A stretch of DNA of 64,000 nt from Mobula hypostoma (lineage: Eukaryota), in assembly GCF_963921235.1 (NCBI RefSeq), contig NC_086101.1, forward strand, positions 682,001 through 746,000, read 5' to 3'. Shown here piece after piece: positions 1-13,262 of this stretch (the stretch's first letter is position 1; every line of letters begins with the position of its first letter). A program made the translations under genes and the position numbers. The notes under the pieces were generated by a model, which saw only the letters and a program-made list of their open reading frames with translations, was not told where the DNA came from and made no database searches.

Positions 1-59
1 TGTACAAGGGATTCAAAAGTCTGACGTTCTGAATTGCCAGAGAATTGATCGTAGTGAGA

Positions 60-380
60 TATCATTCTCCTTCTCTCAGTGTGGGAAGAGATTCACTCAC
101 AGGCTACCCGCAGACACGCCAGTGAGTTCACAGCGGGGAGAGGCCATTCACCCGCTCTGTGTGAGGGAGGGGAACCACTCAGTCATCCCGTCTGAAGATA
201 CATCAGCGAGTTCACACCAGAGTGCTCCACCTGTTCTGCAAGCGGGAAGCCATTCTGTTATTGATGCTAAGGGTATATCATAAAATTCACCAGTGAGGGG
301 ACATTGACCTGCCGGATGGTGGGAAGGCATTCACACACTCAGCCACACCACAGTGACACCAGCGAGTTCACACCGGGGAG
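60..380 (+). pseudogene. Degenerate C2H2 fingers upstream of the intact array
   Basis: Recognisable tgtgggaag / cagcgagttcacac / gagaggccattc finger motifs with frameshifts and lost Cys/His. Confidence 0.7.
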
Positions 381-2531
381 ATGCCATTCACCTGCTCAGA
401 CTGTGGGAAGGGATTCACTCACTCATCCAAACTACTGACACACCAGCGAGTTCACACTGGGGAGAGGCCATTCACCTGCTCAGACTGTGGGAAAGGATTC
501 ACTCAGTCAAATCACCTGCTACAACATCAGGTAATTCACACTGGGGAGTGGCCGTTCACCTGCTCAGACTGTGGGAAGGGATTCACTCAGCGTTCTCAGC
601 TCCTGACACACCAGCGACTTCACACTGGGGAGAGACCATTCAACTGCTCAGACTGTGGAAAGGGATTCACTCGCTCGTCCGACCTACAGAGACACCTGCG
701 AGTTCACACTGGGGAGAAGCCATTCACTTGCTCTGAATGTGGGAAGGTATTTGCTCGGTTATCTGAACTGAAGTTACATCAGCGAGTTCACACTGGGGAG
801 AAGCCGTTCACTTGCTCTGAATGTGGGAAGGGATTTGCTCGGTCGTTTGAACTTAAGTTACATCAGCGAGTTCACACTGGGGAGAAGCCGTTCACTTGCT
901 CTGAATGTGGGAAGCTATTTGCTCGGACATCTGAACTGAAGTTACATCAGCGAGTTCACACTGGGGAGAGGCCGTTCACCTGCTCTGAATGTGGGAAGGG
1001 ATTCACTCAATCGTCCAACCTACAGAGACACCAGCGAGTTCACACTGGTGAGAAGCCGTTCAGTTGCTCTGAATGTGGGAAAGGATTCACCCAGCCATCT
1101 GAACTGAAGTTACATCAGCGAGTTCACACTGGGGAGAAGCCGTTCACTTGCTCTGACTGTGGGAAGGGATTCACTGTGTCATCTCGACTGAAGTTACATC
1201 AGCGAGTTCACACTGGGGAGAAGCCATTCACCTGCTCTGAATGTGGGAAGGGATTCACTCAGTTGTCCAACCTACAGAGTCACCAGCGAGTTCACACTGG
1301 GGAGAAGCCGTTCACTTGCTCTGAATGTGGGAAAGGATTCACTCATTCATCTCAACTGAAGGAGCATCAGCGAGTCCACACTGGGGAGAAGCCGTTCACT
1401 TGCTCTGAATGTGGGAAGGTATTTTCTCGGTCATCTGAACTGAAGCTACATCAGCGAGTCCACACTGGGGAGAAGCCGTTCACTTGCTCTGAATGTGGGA
1501 AGGTATTTTCTCGGTCATCTGAACTGAAGGTACATCAGCGAGTCCACACTGGGGAGAAGCCGTTCGCTTGCTCTGAATGTGGAAAAGGATTCACTCACTC
1601 TTCCAACCTACACAGACACCAGCGAGTCCACACTGGGGAGAAGCCAATCACTTGCTCTGAATGTGGGAAGGTATTTTCTCGGTCATCTGAACTGAAGTTA
1701 CATCAGCGAGTTCACACTGGGGATAAGCCATTCACATGCTCAGAATGTGGGAAAGGATTCACTCAGTCAGCTAAGCTGAAGGAGCATCAGCGAGTTCACA
1801 CTGGGGAGAAGCCGTTCACCTGCTCTGAATGTGGGAAGGGATTCACTCGGTCATCTGAACTGAAGTTACATCAGCGAGTTCACACTGGGGAGAAGCCATT
1901 TACCTGTTCAGACTGTGGGAAGGGTTTCACTCACTCGTCCAACCTACAGAGACACCAGCGAGTTCACACTGGGGAGAAGCCATTCACCTGCTCAGACTGT
2001 GGGAAAGGATTCACCCATTCATCTCAACTGAAATTGCATCACCGAGTCCACACTGGGGAGAAGCCGTTCAGTTGCTCTGAATGTGGGAAGTTATTTGCTC
2101 GGTCATCTGAACTGAAGATACATCAGCGAGTTCACACTGGTGAGAAGCCGTTCACTTGCGCTGAATGTGGGAAAGGATTCATTTCTTCATCTCAGCTCTT
2201 GAGACACCAGCAAATTCACACTGGGGAGAAACCATTCAGTTGCTCTGAATGTGGGAAAGGATTCATTTTTTCATCTCAGCTCTTGAGACACCAGCGAGTT
2301 CACACAGGGGAGAGGCCATTCCGCTGCTCTGAATGCGGGAAAGGATTCATTAGTTCATCTCAGCTCTTGAGACACCAACAAACTCACACTGGGGAGAAAC
2401 CATTCAGCTGCTCAGAATGTGGGAAAGGATTCACCTATTCAACTCATCTGAAAGAACATCAGTTTGTTCACACCGTGGAGAGGCCGTTCACCTGCTCAGA
2501 CTGTGGGAAACGATTCACTCGACGTTTTTGA
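381..2531 (+). CDS. Tandem C2H2 zinc-finger protein, 25 complete fingers plus a truncated 26th; probably the finger exon of a larger gene or a pseudogene core
   Basis: 716-aa ORF of 28-aa CxxC...HxxxH units with TGEKPF linkers. No effector domain is visible in the window. Confidence 0.9.
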   Translation: MPFTCSDCGKGFTHSSKLLTHQRVHTGERPFTCSDCGKGFTQSNHLLQHQVIHTGEWPFTCSDCGKGFTQRSQLLTHQRLHTGERPFNCSDCGKGFTRSSDLQRHLRVHTGEKPFTCSECGKVFARLSELKLHQRVHTGEKPFTCSECGKGFARSFELKLHQRVHTGEKPFTCSECGKLFARTSELKLHQRVHTGERPFTCSECGKGFTQSSNLQRHQRVHTGEKPFSCSECGKGFTQPSELKLHQRVHTGEKPFTCSDCGKGFTVSSRLKLHQRVHTGEKPFTCSECGKGFTQLSNLQSHQRVHTGEKPFTCSECGKGFTHSSQLKEHQRVHTGEKPFTCSECGKVFSRSSELKLHQRVHTGEKPFTCSECGKVFSRSSELKVHQRVHTGEKPFACSECGKGFTHSSNLHRHQRVHTGEKPITCSECGKVFSRSSELKLHQRVHTGDKPFTCSECGKGFTQSAKLKEHQRVHTGEKPFTCSECGKGFTRSSELKLHQRVHTGEKPFTCSDCGKGFTHSSNLQRHQRVHTGEKPFTCSDCGKGFTHSSQLKLHHRVHTGEKPFSCSECGKLFARSSELKIHQRVHTGEKPFTCAECGKGFISSSQLLRHQQIHTGEKPFSCSECGKGFIFSSQLLRHQRVHTGERPFRCSECGKGFISSSQLLRHQQTHTGEKPFSCSECGKGFTYSTHLKEHQFVHTVERPFTCSDCGKRFTRRF

Positions 2532-2862
2532 CTACTGACACAGCAGCGAGTTCACACTGGGGAGAAGCCATTCATGTGCTCAGAATGTGGGAAGGGATTC
2601 ACCCAGTCAGCTTGACTGAAGGAACATCAGCGACTTCACACTGGGGAATGGCTGTTTACCTCCTCTGAATGTGGAAGGGATTCATTGTCAGCTCAACTGA
2701 AGGTACATCAGCGAGTTCACACTGGGGAGAAACTTTCAGCTGCTCTGAATGTGGGAAGGGATTCACTCAGTCATCGGACTTTAAAATACATCAGCGAATT
2801 CACACTGGGGGATGCCACTCGCCTGTTCTGAATGTGTGAAAGGATTCACTCAGCCATTTCAG
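2532..2862 (+). pseudogene. About 4 further C2H2 fingers beyond a frameshift, with an in-frame stop
   Basis: HTGEKPF/CSECGKG-coding motifs continue out of frame after 2531; TGA near 2614. Confidence 0.8.
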
Positions 2863-2865
2863 TTA

Positions 2866-5758
2866 AGACTATAAGATATCAGAGCAGAGGTAGGCCATTC
2901 GGACTTTCGAGTCTGCTCCACCATTCAATCATGGGCTGATCCAATTCTTCCAGTCATCCTCACTCCCCTGCCTTCTCCCCATACCCTTTGATGCTCTAAC
3001 TAAGTAGGAACCTATCTCTCTCTGCCTTAAATGCACTGAATGACTTGGCCTCCACAGTTGCTTGTGGCAACAAATTTCACAAATTTACCACCCTCTGAGT
3101 AAAGTAATTTCTCCTCACCTCTGTTCTAAATGGATGTCCTTCAATCCTGAAGTCGTGCCCTCTTGTCATAGACTCCCCTCCCATGGGAAATAAGTTTCCC
3201 ATATATAATCTGTTCAGAGCTTTTAACATTCAGAATGTTTCAATGAGATCACCATCTTCCCCCCACCCCACCACCACATTCTCCTGAAATCCAGGGAATA
3301 CAGCCCAAAAGCTGCCAGATGCTTCTTGTACGGTAACCCTTCCATTCCTGGAATCATTCTTGTGAATGTTCTCTGAATGCTCTTCAAAAATAAGGAGAGT
3401 ATCCTTTCTAAAATAAGGAGCCCAGAACTGCACACAATACTACAAGTGTGTTCTCGCGAGTGCCTTATAGAGCCTCAACATCACATACCTGCTCTTATAT
3501 TCTATACCTCTCGAAATGAATGACACCATTGCATTCATCTTCTCCACCACTGACTCAATCTAGAGGTTAGCCTTTAGGGTATCCTGCACAAGGACTCCCA
3601 AGTCCCTTTGCATCTCTGCATTTTGAATTCTCTCCCCATCTAAATAATAGTCTGCCCATTTATTTCTTCCACCAAAGTGTACGACCATACACTTTCCAAC
3701 ATTGTATTTCATTGACTACTTCTTTACCCATTCCCCTAAACTATCTCAGTCTCTCTGCAGCCTCTGTTTCCTCAACACTACCCACTCCTCCACCTATCTT
3801 TGTATCATCGGTAGATTTAGCCACAAATCTATTAATCACATAGTCAAAATCATTGACGTACATCGCAAAAAGCAGTGGTCCAAGCACCGACCACTGTGGA
3901 ACTCCAGTGGTAACCAGCAGCCAGCCAGAATAGGATCCCATTATTCCCACTCTCTGTTTTCTGTTGATCAGCCAATGCTCCACCCATACTAGTAACTTCC
4001 CTAATTCCGTGGGCCCTTATCTTGCTAACCAGCCTCATGTGCAGCACGTTGTCAAAGGCCAACTGAAAATTCAAATACACCATGTCTACAGCATTTCCTT
4101 TGTCTATCCTGCTTGTAGTTTCCTCAAAGAATTGCAGTAGGTTAGTCAGTGAGGATTTTTCTGTTAGGAAACCATGCTGGTTTGGCCTACCTTGTCATGT
4201 GCCTTCTGGTACACCGTAATCTCCTCCCTAACAATCTAGTTCAACAACTTCCCAACCACTGAAGTCAGGCTAACAGGTCTATAGTTTCCTTTCTTCTGCC
4301 TCTCACCCTTCTTAAATAGCGAGTAACATTTGCAATTTTCCAGTCATCCAGTACAATGACAGAATCTATCCATTCTTGAAAGGTCATTGTTAATGCCTCC
4401 ACAATCTCACCAGCTACTTCCTTCAGAACCCGAGGGTGCATTCCATCAGGTCCAGGAGATTTATCCACCCTCAGATCAATAAGCTTCCTAAGCACCTTCT
4501 CAGTCGTCATTTTCACTGCACAAACTTCACTTCCCTGACACTCTTGAATGTCCAGTATACTGCAGACATCTTGCACTGTGAAGACTGATACAAAATACGC
4601 ATTCCTTTCTCTGCCATCTCTGCATCTCTTAATACAATATCTCCGGCATCATTTTCTATTGATACTATATCTAACCTCAACTCTCTTTTACCCTTTATAT
4701 ACTTAAAAATGCTTTTAGTATCTTCCTTGATATTAGTCACCAGCTTCCTTTCATAATTCATCTTTATTTTCCCAATGACCTTCTCAGTTTTCCTCTGCAA
4801 GTTTTTAAAAGCTTCCCAATCCTCTATCTTCCCCTTGTATGCCCTCTCTTTTGCTTTTACTTTGGCTCTGACTTCACTTGTCAGCCACGGTAGTGTCCGT
4901 CTTCCATTCGAAAATTTCTTCTTGTTTAGAATATATCTGTCTTGCACTTCCCAAGTTTTTCTCAGAAACTCCAGCCATTGCTGCTCTGCTGTCCTTCCTG
5001 CTAGTGTCCCTTTCCAGTCAACTTTGGCCAGTTCCCGTCTCATGCCATTGTAATTTCCTTTATTCCACTGAAATACCAAATGTTGGAATTTAGTTTCTCC
5101 TTCAGAAATTTCAAAGTGAACTCAATCATATTGTGATCACTGTACCCCAAGGGTACCTTAACCTTAAGCTCTCTTATCACCTCTGGATCATTGCACAATA
5201 CCCAATCCAGTACAATTGATCTGCTAGTGTGCTCAACAACAAGCTGTTCTAAGAAGCCATCCCTTAGACATTCTACAAACCCACTCTCTTGACGTTCAGT
5301 ACTGACCTGGTATTCCCAATACACTTTCATGTTAAAATCCCCAACGATTATCATGACTTACCCCTTCCGACATGCCTTTTCTATCTGCTGCTGTAATTTG
5401 TAATCCACATCCCGGCTGCTGTTTGGAGACCTGTTTACAACTGCCATAAGGGTCCTTTTACCCTTGCCATTTCTTACCTCCAACCGTAGAGACTCTACAC
5501 CTTCCGATCCTATATCATTGCTTTCTAATGATGTAATATTTCTTATACACAGGGTCACACCACCCCCTCTGCCTACTGACCTATCTTTCTGATACACCGT
5601 ATATCCTTGGACATTCAGCTCCCAATGGCAGCCATCCTTTAGCCAAGTTTCAGAGATATCCACAACATCATACTTGCAAATCTGTAGCTGAATTTCAAGA
5701 TAATCCATTTTATTTCTTATGCTGTGTGCATTCAAATATAACATTTTCAGTCCAGTAT
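2866..5758 (-). mobile_element. CR1-clade LINE, near-complete but decayed ORF2 (APE endonuclease + RT), inserted into the zinc-finger array
   Basis: ORF fragments [52 protein letters not shown]1-type 3' end near 2870-2940. Confidence 0.92.
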
Positions 5759-6110
5759 TGAATGAACTTCAGCGTGTAAACACTGGGGACAAACTGTACA
5801 ACTGCTCAGACTGCGGGAAGGAATTCACTCAGTCATCTCAACTGAATAAACATCACTGAGTTCGCACTGAGTAGAAACCCTGTTCAACTGTTCCGACTGG
5901 GAATGAATTCACTCTTTCATCTCGCCTGACTACACACCAGACTGTTTTCAGCAGTGTGTGGACGCTGATCTGCTCAGACTGTGAGAAGGCATTCACACAC
6001 TTATCCACGCTGCAGAGACAGTGGGTTCACACTGTGGTGAGGGTGGTGATGTGCTCTGAATGTGAGATGGGTTTCAATCAGTCATTCATCCTTGTGTCAC
6101 CCTACCGAGC
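5759..6110 (+). pseudogene. Highly degenerate C2H2 fingers continuing the array beyond the CR1 insertion
   Basis: tgctcagactgcgggaaggaattcactcagtcatctcaactg and tgctctgaatgtgag motifs at roughly 84-bp spacing, with stops. Confidence 0.75.
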
Positions 6111-6759
6111 TTTGACCCATCGCTAATCGGAGAGACCAGAAGTTTGAGAGAACACAATTCACTCAGGTTCGCCAATCGAGTATTTACGGCGGTGGTTCAG
6201 GGCAGGTTATTTTTGAGCTTTCAGCAGTGGCCAGTCAGCATTCAGGATGGATTATCAAGAAGATGTTAATGTTGGCCAGGAGCAAGAGGAGTGGTCATTG
6301 TTGGAGTGGACAGAGTCAGAGCGGAGATGCTAAGACTTTACCTCTTTGAGGTTTCAGTGAGGAGAGCATTCAGTCAGAGAAGGCGAAATTATGCCAGAGG
6401 TAGAATTTTTTTTTGCCCCTTCTTTACATTCGTTCAGTTAGAACAGTAGAGATACCAGGCAGGTTAGTGGAAAGCTCCTCTTGCGGGATGTGGGAAGGCA
6501 GAGGACCCTCCTGTGTCCCTGATAACTACACCTGTGAGAATGGCATCCAGCTTCAGCTCCAAACAATCCACATTAAGGTGTTCGAGCTGGAAATGCATGA
6601 ACTCCAGATCATTTGGGAGGCTGGAGGAGTGATAGGTAGGACATATAGATAGGTAGTTGAAACCAAGGTGTAAGGCACAGGAAACTGGGTGACAGTCAGG
6701 AAGGTGAAAAAGGGAAACAGTGAGTGCAGTGTAACCCTGTGTCAACCCCCCTGGACAAT

Positions 6760-9700
6760 TGTTACATACCTCATGGATATCTTGCGATTGTCATATGACC
6801 ATGATGTAATGGTCTTTTGGAGGTCACCTGATGTAATTTTCCCGCCAATGTGAGGTCATGTGATGACATGTTCACCACAGGTATAAAAGAAGACCCCTGT
6901 GGTGACGCAGTGGGTTTTCCAGTTAGAACGTCAGATAGATAGTTAGCTCCACTGCTTATTTTCCTTATGATGCAGTTTCCATTTAAAACTGAGTTTTGCA
7001 TTCTATTGTAAGACACAAAAGTGTTGGGCCGGCATTTTAACCAATCACTGCCAGGTTTGTTGATGTATCTTTTGTGTAATATTGGAGAGTGAAGACGGGA
7101 ACCTGAAGGAGTCGTTTGGTGGTTTTGGATAGGATTGACCATTATTGAATTCATTCAAGAAAGAGTGATCTACATGAGATAGCCTCTGCTAAAGGCGGCA
7201 GAAAAGGCTGTGCAGTATCTAGTATCCAGAGAGAAAGGACAGTGCCTTTAAACTGTTTTATTTCCGTCATCGTGAATCCTGCGAACAAGGCAAGATCCAG
7301 CTGGGATCGACAGTGACGTCGTGTCTTCGAAGGATTCTTTACTTCAGGAAAGTCTCTCCTAATTGACTGTATAAATCTCTTGGACTTTTGAATTTACAAT
7401 TCTAAGAACTGTGTTTGAATTTACCACTTTAAGAACTGTTTTCGGATTTATCGCTTTAAGAACTAGTACTGAGTGGTAGTTTGTTAAATGGCCGCATAGC
7501 AGTTTTCTTCCGGTTAAGATTTTCGTTTGTTTATTTTTTTAATATTGAGCAGAGTTTAATAAATGTTTGATGGTTTTTTTAAAACCTGACTCACTTCTAT
7601 ATTCATTGTTGCCGATCACGTGACATAAATTTGGGGGCTCGTCTGGGATATGTTCCAATTTTGAACTTAAGTGCTTAGTTAAGTACCAACCTGATTTGGA
7701 AAAGGGGATATACACGATTCTTTTGTTTGATTAGTGTATGAGTGGTATTTGGCAGCAATGAATGTTGACGGCTTTATGGAAACGCCAGACCCGGAGTGTT
7801 TAGCGACGGCGAGAAAGAGTGTTGTATCCGAGATTGCTAGAAGGTTGGATATTAACGGAATTACGAAGGTTACAACAAAGCCCGTAATTCAGAGAAAAAT
7901 TGCTGAGCATTATATAAGGTTGGGAATGTTTGATGAATAAGTGTTAGATAGGTTTCCAATGAGTAATCTGGAAATGCAGTTACATGTTGAACAAATAAAG
8001 TTAAAGCAATTAGAATCTGATTTGGAAAGATGTCACTTAGAAGCTGAAATTAAACAGAAGAAATTCGAGGCTAGAGAATCCCATAGGAAAAGGGAATTTG
8101 AAGAAAGAGAAGCAGATAAAAGGAGAGGGTTTGTGCTAGAGATGGAGAAATCAAAGTCCGAGAATTAGTCCTCTGGTTCTAAGAAACAGTTTAAAATGAG
8201 TCGTGAGGTTATTTTGACTCCTCCATTTAGTGAGACAGAAGTGGACAAATATTTCCAGCATTTCGAAATTGTTGCTCTGAGTTTAAAAGTGGCCGAAAGA
8301 GCAATGGCCAGTGATGTTACAAAGTGTAATTAAAGGCAAGGCACAACAAGTTTATACAGCTTTACATGCTGATCAAGCACTGGATTATGATATTGTTAAA
8401 CAGCGTGTATTGAAGGCGTATGAGTTGGTTCCGGAAGCGTATAGAAAAAGATTCAGAAATTTGAAGAAATCTGCGGAAAAAATGTGTGTGGAATTTGCCT
8501 ACGAAAAATCTGTGTGTTTTCAGAGATGGGTTTCCTCTAAAAACGTGAATGGGGAGTATAATAAATTAAAAGAGTTGATTTTACTGGAGGAATTTAAAAG
8601 GAGCATTCCTGTTGAAGTAGGGACATACTTAAATGAAAGGGACACTGCTACATTGCAGGAGTTGCTAAATTAGCTGATGAGTATGCTTTAATTCATAAGA
8701 GTAAATTTTCTCCAAGTAGAACTTTTAAAAGGAAAAATAGCACAGAGAGTCAAGGTAAATCAGAAATTAAATCTGAAGTTAGTGAGAAAGGCACGGATGA
8801 AGGGAGACGTGAAGGAAAGACATTTTGGTATTATTTGTAATTACTGTAAGAATCCTGGACGTGTAATAGCTAACTGTTTTTGATTGAAGAAGAAAGAGAA
8901 GGAAGCCGTGCCAGATGCCTGTGTGCAGCCTATTGAAACACCTGTAAATCCACAGAGTTCGATAAATACCAATGAAGTTTTATCAGAGTCTTACCAAATT
9001 AAGAGGGGATATGAACATTTTATAACTGAAGGATGTGTATCCTTGAAAGAGGGACCCACTCCGGTACCGATAAAAAATACTTAGAGATACTGGATACTGG
9101 AGCTTCTCAATCACTAATGTTAGACAGTGTTCTAAAGTTTAGTGATGAGTCTGACATTTGTGAGGCAAACTATATAAGAGGAGTTGGGAGTGCTCTTATG
9201 CCAGTACATTTACATAGAGTAAATTTAAGGTCAGGGTTAGTTACAGGGCTTGTTAAAGTAGGACTACAACCCAGTTTACCTGTGAATGATGTTTCTCTAT
9301 TGTTAGGAATGACTTAGCAAATGGACTAGTTTTCCTGAAGTGCATTTGACAATAAAGCCTAATTCTGAGGAACCGCAGAGGGATTCTAACACAGATTCTT
9401 CCTGTGTTGTAACCTGAGCTATGGATAAAAAGACTGATGTGCAGGATAAGGTTGTTACCCATGACTGTTCAACTCGAGATTCGAATTTTGAGGATGTGTC
9501 AGAAACTTTCTTACCTTCATTATTTGGTAGTAAGTCTGACCATGAAGATTTGTCTTTATCTCGGAAGGAGATGATAGCAGAGCTGGGTAGAGATCCTGAG
9601 ATACTTAAATTAAAGGAACAAGCTCTTCCAGATAGTGAAATTGAGAAGGTGCCAGTAGGATATTATTTTGAAAAGGGAATATTAATGAGGAAGCAGAGAT

Positions 9701-10302
9701 GTCCTACAGTTCCTGCAAGTGAGGAATGGGAAGTTAACCACCAGGTAGTAGTTCCTAAAGTTTATCATAAGGAGATTTTAACTATGGCTCATAGTATTCC
9801 ATTGGGTGGCCACCTAGGTGTAAAGAAAACTGTGAACAAGGTTTTTAAACACTTTTACCGACTTAGTTTAAGAAAAGATGTGGCGACATTTTGCAGAACA
9901 TGTCATACGTGTCAAATTGTGGGTAAACCTAATCAAGTTACTCTGTCGTCGTGAATCCTGCGGACAAGGCAGGATCCGGCTGGGATCGACAGTGACGTCG
10001 TGTCTTCGAGGAATTCTTTACTTCAGGAAAGTCTTTCCTGATTAACTGTATAAATCTCTTGGACTTTCGAATTTGCCATTCTAAGAACTGTGTCTGAATT
10101 GACCGCTTTAAGAACTGTTTTCGCATTTATCGCTTTAAGAACTAGTACTGAGTGACAGTTTGTTAAATGGCTGCATAGCAGTTTACTTCCGGTTAAGATT
10201 TTCGTTTGTTTTTTTTAAATATTGAGCAGAGAATAATAAACGTTTGACTGTTTTTATAAAACCTGACTCACTTCTATATTCATTGTTGCCAATCACGTGA
10301 CA
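6760..10302 (+). mobile_element. Gmr1-like Ty3/Gypsy LTR retrotransposon, decayed and internally deleted
   Basis: 5' LTR 6760-7625 (TG..CA); PBS-Pro 7632-7649; gag with SCAN-like LKELILLEEFK and a zinc-knuckle remnant; protease LDTGAS; integrase HHCC (GGHLGVKKT..CRTCHTC); partial 3' LTR 9942-10302; TSD caat/caac. Confidence 0.9.
7632..7649 (+). promoter_or_regulatory. Primer-binding site, tRNA-Pro type
   Basis: tgggggctcgtctgggat, one mismatch to TGGGGGCTCGTCCGGGAT, just after the LTR end. Confidence 0.9.
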
Positions 10303-11257
10303 CAACACATATATCACTTTGGATGCTGTTGGGAATGGTGGGATGTCCTAGCAAAGGACAGTCACAGCAAGAGGGTCTCTGGCCCTTAGTCTGGCTCTGA
10401 GAGTCTCTGAGACTGAGAAGGTAAGGGTGGAGCTGTGGTCATAGGTGATTCGTTAGTTAAGGGAACTGACTGGATGGTCTGTGTGCGAGAATGAGATCCC
10501 AGGACAGTATGTTGTCTCCTGTGTGCTCGGGTTGAGTGCTCAGCATTCCTCAGGAGGATGAACAGGGAAACTCCTGGTCCATGTGGGTACCAATGATATG
10601 GGCTGGTAGAGTAACGGGGTTCTGCAAAGGGAGTTCAGGGTGTGAGGTGCTAAGTTAAAGGGCAGCTCGTCCAGGGCTGTGATCACAGGTCTGTCATCTG
10701 TGTCATGAGTCAGGAATAGGGAGAATATACAATTTAACATGTGGCTAAGGAGTTGGTGCAGGAGGGAGGGCATAACATTATTGGATCATTTGAGCCCGCA
10801 AGGATTACTGTATGTACAAGAGTGTGAGTGCGTTGGGGGAGAGGGGACTTTGTTGATGGAGGGTGAAGTGGGCAGTCAGGTTTCTCTCTCACATACAAAC
10901 ACATGCACTGGAGTGTGAGGGTGGGGAGTGAGAATGGAACAGGGGAATGAAGAGGATGGAGTTTGGGCTCCTGCACAAAGTCCCGGACTCACCCAACCCT
11001 CCCCCTCTGGAATTGTTCTCATTCCCGCCCCAGGCTGGGGGTTGAGCATTGAGTTGCCTTGTCAACAAGAAAATGAATTGTTCAGTAGCATCTGGATAAC
11101 ACACCTTGATCATAAATTTACATCTCACTCTAAAGTTTCCTCTTTCTATTTCTTTCCCAGTGTCTGTTTTATATTCTTCACAACACCATTCTCCTGCCTT
11201 CTCCCCATGACCTTTGAACCTTTACTAATCAAGCACTGATCGACCTCTGTTTTAAAT

Positions 11258-11298
11258 TGTGACGGGGTCCTGAATTACCCCTGTGATCTGTGCTTTTG

Positions 11299-11338
<40 letters not shown>

Positions 11339-12200
11339 ATTACCTCCGATATCTTGTTTTGAAAAGAGAAAGAGAGATTGAGACAAAGGCGAACTGTTGG
11401 TGTCGCTTTAAGGCACGAGAAAGAACTGGCTAACTTTTGGATTTCTGCTGAGTTGAGATGGCACCAAGCAGCCCGTAAGTTGCTATGGTGACTGAGAGCC
11501 GCATGTTGATACTTCCCAAGGACATTTGCCTGCTTGCATTTCTTACACAGAGAAGGGAAGGAGGAGTTATTTGAATGACAGTTGGTGCCCAGTACTGTGA
11601 GATAAATAGGAGGTCAGATGATATAGACCTCAGGCACATGTTTTGGACACTGAATGAGCTTTGTTGTGCCCGCAGAAAAATTGGGTTTTTGGAGGATCGA
11701 TCAGGCGGATCAATCAGTTGGCTCTTACAGTGAGAAAAGGGATTGATCGGTGGGGAGTTGTCCATGTGTCCGACCTTTGCCTGGGTTGATAGCTCCACCA
11801 CAGAAAACCGGTCCCCTTTGTTGTGGTCACAGTCGGTGACTTTTAAAGGATTTCGGAGGACAATGGGAAGGTTGACGGGGTCAACTCAACTGAAGGCTCA
11901 AATCTCTCCCTCTCTCTCTCTCCATCACTACTCAACTCAAAACCACGAACTGAACTGAACTTTACCCGTCATCGTAAAACTGTATCTTTTTACCCCTAGA
12001 CTTGAAGAAGCTTGGTTTATCATATATATTTCCACACTGATATACTTATATATAATCATTACTAACCTGTATGACTTATCTACATTTATATTACTGTATT
12101 GCGTAGTTACTAATAAATATTATTAGTTAATACCAATACTAAACTCCAAAGTGTTTTCCATCTCTGCTGGTTCTTTATTCCCGTCACTGGGTATGTGACA
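11258..12200 (+). mobile_element. Solo LTR (Gypsy-type) containing a (GA)n tract
   Basis: TGTGAC..GTGACA termini, 5-bp TSD taaat, AATAAA near the 3' end; interrupts a CR1 3' fragment. Confidence 0.85.
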
Positions 12201-13262
12201 TAAATAAACCCGAAGACTTGGCCTCTGAGCCGTCTGTGGCAATGAATTCCACAAGTCCCTTTTCTCCGTAAATCCATCCTCTCGGATATTAGACATTTTG
12301 ACCCTAAAGGGCAACAAATGGCATCTCTTTACTCCATCTATACCTCTCATCATCTTATCAAGCTCCATCAGGTCCACCCTGAGCCTCTGCACTGCAGAGA
12401 AAATTTAAGGTGGGGGGTTATATGGGAGGCAGGGTTTAAGGGTCGGCACCACATTGTGGGCCGAAGGGCCTGTACTGTGCTGTACTGTTCTATGTTCTAA
12501 AACAGCCCAAGTTTATCTGAACTCTCCTTACACAGTATCTCAAGCCTCTAATCCAGACAACATGCTGGTGAGCCTCTGTTGCTTCCCTAAACACCAGCGG
12601 CGGTATGGGCTTGAAGTCAGTAAATGGTGGGTTTTTGATTAATACGGGTGTCAAAGATGTTGGGTAGCAGGCAGCAATATGGAGTTTAGAGGGACAATCC
12701 AATAGCCGTGATCGAATGGTGCAGAAGACTCAATGGACGGAATGTGTATTTCAGTTGCTATGACTTGTGGTATAGTGCAGACATGGCGAAGCCATGGGGA
12801 GTAAGTTGCGGATGCAGGTAAGAGTGGGTGTCCAGCTAGGAGGTGGTGTGAAGCATATTTCATTACGTCTTCTAACCAACAATTAACTCAGAAGGTATCA
12901 ATCATAAGAGCGTTTATTTTACTTGCAGCAAGGGAAGACTAGCACTGCCCAAGAGCAAGTAATAGCTTTGCCAAAAAGAAAACTATAGACAGTACAGTCA
13001 GTCCTTCAGACACAAATTCAAGAGCAGGGAGCATTCTGTTTGCTGAATCAGTTAATTAGTATTCTTCCACTAACGCAGCTGTGGTTCTGCACTCATGAGC
13101 TCAGATTCCATCAGTGTAATATTGCACGAACATTACTGGCCAAGCACTCTGATACAATTCAGATTCCATTTTGTTACAGACAGAAATGCTAATTTGCTAC
13201 TACAAGTGAAGTACATTTCCATAGTGATAGAGAAACAGCCCTGCACCCCTCACCCTCTGCGA

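Larger units (their letters stand above)
6420..10800 (+). mobile_element. CR1 ORF1 remnant split by the LTR element (halves 6420-6759 and 10303-10800)
   Basis: SCGMWE..C..IQLQL zinc-finger/zipper N-terminus on the left; VVIGDS and VHVGTND SGNH-esterase motifs on the right. Confidence 0.75.

Noticed and set aside
353..736. Alternative-frame ORFs over the ZF array and antisense ORFs over CR1s
   Set aside because: Shadow frames of repetitive coding sequence.
381..2531. PRDM9 or a named ZNF ortholog
   Set aside because: No SET/KRAB/SSXRD exon in the window; the fingers are generic lineage-specific types.
12865..13200. Additional minus-strand solo LTR
   Set aside because: A polyA-like signal is present, but no TG..CA termini or TSD could be defined.
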